Source of the DNA: a virus | DNA length: 64,000 bases | IMG/VR virus record: IMGVR_UViG_3300003890_000014 | Coordinates: 32,001-96,000 of that record | Strand: one strand, 5' to 3' | Part shown: one piece after another, positions 63,765 to 64,000 of the stretch | How the letters are laid out: every line of letters starts with the position of its first letter | How positions within the stretch are numbered: the first letter of the stretch is position 1 | Notes under the pieces: generated by a model | The model's input: only the letters and a program-made list of their open reading frames with translations | The model's database searches: none | Told to the model about the DNA's origin: nothing | Translations under genes and position numbers: made by a program

Positions 63765-63994
63765 CACCGTTCAATGCAAAGGAATATACCGTAGAGTATG
63801 TTAGGGGTAATGTTAAGATTATAAAAAAGAATATATTTCTTGAGAATGTGACAGATATGGTTGATTTAGAATTTTGGGAATATAGATTAGAGCAAGTTAA
63901 TCAGGATTTTGTAGTAGCTTTTAAGAAGTTAAATAATAAAATTGTATATACAATTTTTTGTAACTCTAGAAGCAAAGGAAGTAAATTTAAATGA
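63761..63994 (+). CDS. Hypothetical protein
   Basis: ATGA overlap with the aminotransferase stop. Confidence 0.6.
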   Translation: MTPFNAKEYTVEYVRGNVKIIKKNIFLENVTDMVDLEFWEYRLEQVNQDFVVAFKKLNNKIVYTIFCNSRSKGSKFK

Positions 63995-64000
63995 GAAATT

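Noticed and set aside
1-64000. Stop-codon reassignment, introns/inteins, tRNAs
   Set aside because: Genes are full length and densely packed in the standard code; polymerase, helicases and capsid are uninterrupted; no cloverleaf was recognised in the short intergenic gaps (by eye only).

Overview
This is a 64 kb segment of a large contractile-tailed dsDNA phage (myovirus), AT-rich, with an SPO1/Twort (Herelleviridae)-like head, neck and tail module. The host cannot be assigned from this window. 1-8.7 kb (minus strand) is a replication/recombination operon: family A DNA polymerase (missed by the ORF track, runs off the left edge, Leu762 type), a fused AEP primase-SF4 helicase, a putative annealing protein, endonuclease VII, a Cas4/RecB-like nuclease and a phage GroEL with no adjacent GroES. 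A divergent SF2 helicase follows. 10.5-62 kb (minus strand) is the virion operon: prohead protease, scaffold, major capsid, a block of accessory virion and lysis genes, candidate internal head proteins, neck, sheath, tube, chaperones, tape measure, an enlarged baseplate and a modular fibre system ending in two paralogous giant receptor-binding proteins. 62.3-64 kb (plus strand) has two sigma70 promoters with structured non-coding leaders and a branched-chain aminotransferase-like gene. The most notable observations are: (1) an internally deleted HNH gene fused to a duplicated 3' end of its host gene; (2) a candidate sRNA/attenuator before the aminotransferase operon; (3) extended -10-only late promoters together with a stand-alone sigma region-4 protein; (4) a capsid-like tail on the protease and K-S/K-A motifs in candidate head cargo proteins; (5) a three-repeat spike-tip candidate next to a polyproline protein. 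No tRNA, CRISPR array, integrase, portal or terminase was seen. All calls come from reading motifs by eye; no searches were run.
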